From contig NC_045729.1 in NCBI RefSeq assembly GCF_009834535.1, forward strand, positions 11,718,001 to 11,782,000: a stretch of 64,000 nt of DNA, read 5' to 3'. The translations under genes and the position numbers were made by a program. The notes under the pieces are model-generated. The model made no database searches and was not told where the DNA came from. It saw only the letters and a list, made by a program, of their open reading frames with translations. Shown here piece by piece: positions 62,280 through 64,000 of this stretch. Position 1 is the first letter of the stretch. Every line of letters begins with the position of its first letter. Origin of the DNA: Camelus ferus. Lineage: Eukaryota.

Positions 62280-63620
62280 TATTCCGTGCTTCCTATGACT
62301 CTACCATAGCTGAGTTATTGCTCCTAGCCATCTGCTAATGTAGGGCTGTTATCATCTCTTCCTGATCTACATTTTTTCCTTGGCTTCCAGGACCTCATTC
62401 TCTTAGTTTTCCTTCCACTCCACCAAATGCCTCTTGTTGGTCATTTTTTTACCATTATCTCTTATTTTCTCCCTGAAAAGCTTAATATTAGTTTGTTCTG
62501 GTGCTTAATCCAGGGCCCTCTTCTCAAATTTACGCTTAAGTCCTGGATTTCATCCAGTCTGTAGCTTTAATAACATTTGTATGGTAAGAATCCTAAATTT
62601 CTATCTTTAATCCAGACTTGTCCCCCAAACACCGGACTCTTACGTTTGGTGGCCTACAACACACCTGCCCTTGCGGTCACCTCGGATTTGACATCGACAA
62701 AACTGGAGTCCATGTTCCTCCAACTCTGAAATCCTCACCTGGAATCCTATGTCAGTTGATAGCAGCTCCACCCTTTCAGTTGGTAGGTTTGAAAACCGTG
62801 CCACCAACCTTGACTCTTACTCACTTCCATTCCACATCCAATTCGCTAGCCAACCCCGTGAGCAAATACCTCTATTTTCAAAATATATCCAGAATCAGAT
62901 CATTTCTTCCTACCTCCATTGCTACTACTCTGGATTGAGCCAGTATCACCTCTTGCCTGGATCACTGTAATGGCCCCTCCAGTTGCCTTCTCTCAATACA
63001 GACTCTTTTCTACACAGAAGTCATAATGAAAATGTTAAAACATAAGATCTCCTGGCCCCAATCCTGCAATGGCTGACCTCTACTCTGAACGAAAACCAAA
63101 GACCTTACAATGGCTTACAAAGTCCTGTGGGATCTTGTGTCATCTCCTGCTAGTCCTCCCTTCATCTCCTCCGCTGTAGCGACACTGACCTCGCTGCTGT
63201 TCCTGGAATGTGCTAGGCATGCTTCTGCCTCAGGGCTTTTGCTCTGGCTGTTCCCTCTTCTGGGCACACTGTTCCTCCAGATAACACATGACTAACTCCC
63301 TCATGTTCTTCAAGTCCTTTCTCAGATGTCACCCTTTCAGTGAGACCCACCTGCCTCCCAGGGCTCCTCCCCCCAGACCCTCCACACCTGACTGCTCTCC
63401 CTCACTCTGCTCTATTACTCTTCTCCCATCATCTGCTGATGTGCCAGGGAGCCATTTCACTTCCACTTTTATTGTGTATTGTCTATCTCCTCAACCAGAA
63501 TACAAGCTCTGTGAAGGCAGAAATTACTGTCTGCTTCATCTGCGGCCATATCCCAAGCACCGGGAGGAGTCTGACACAGAGCAGGTGTCCAGTAATATTT
63601 GTGAAGTTAACGAATGAGGT
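62280..63620 (+). mobile_element. L2 (L2a-like) 3' 1.3 kb including tail
   Basis: Pyrimidine-rich strand with L2 hallmarks (aatatatccagaatc, tcacctcttgcctggatcactg, tgctaggcatgcttctgcctcagggcttttgc), ending aatatttgtgaagttaacgaatga. Confidence 0.92.
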
Positions 63621-64000
63621 TTCAATGAACCGCACAAAGTCACATAGGTTGTAAATTAGAATTTGACCCCAAGGAGTGTAATTTCAGAGCTTTATACTCT
63701 AGCCACAGTGCAGTACCACCACCCTCCTGATCCTTCTAAGATTTGTTCAAATGCTGGCATTCAAGAAGCTTGCTTTTTATATTCAGAACTAATCCCTTTT
63801 CTTGACTTTCACGGCATCCCATTTTTATCTACTTTCTGGTACAGGGAAGTTTATACCTTTAAATATATTTGTTTATGTACATATCTCCAGCTAGGTGCTA
63901 ACTTCCTGGTGGACAGCTTGGATTTCTGACTGTTCTGATAGTACTATATAAGGTAGCAGTTAAATCATTATTGGATGGATAAGTTTATTTATGAATGAGT

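Overview
Eukaryotic (mammalian, laurasiatherian) genomic DNA, not prokaryotic: there are no operons or CRISPR arrays, and almost all of the six-frame ORFs are chance. The young L1 3' ends look camelid-like, and I saw no Alu, B1/B2, Bov-tA/BovB, CanSINE, PRE1 or ERE1. The window holds the convergent 3' ends of two genes. EPS8 is on the + strand: last five coding exons at 579-18215, 3'UTR to about 19.4 kb, with a 134-N gap inside the UTR. PTPRO is on the - strand: eleven coding exons from the juxtamembrane region through the whole PTP domain (60677 down to 31163), a 3'UTR intron, and a non-coding terminal exon from 30115 to about 28.8 kb. All exon junctions were checked by hand; they are GT-AG and phase-consistent. 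The rest is intron or intergenic DNA with old MIR, L2, CR1, L1M, hAT and MaLR/ERVL repeats. The best lead is a set of three short phase-0, stop-free, GT-AG-bounded candidate cassette exons (36, 18 and 24 nt) in the EPS8 intron after the SH3 exon. They carry microexon-type flanking motifs and together would build an amphipathic LD-like helix. I cannot tell without a database whether they are already annotated. Other leads are a perfect Maf palindrome (T-MARE), a consensus CTCF site, the regulatory flanks of the PTPRO 84-nt cassette exon, and the PTPRO 3'-end architecture. Comparisons to human proteins and repeat-family names are from memory, and repeat boundaries are approximate.
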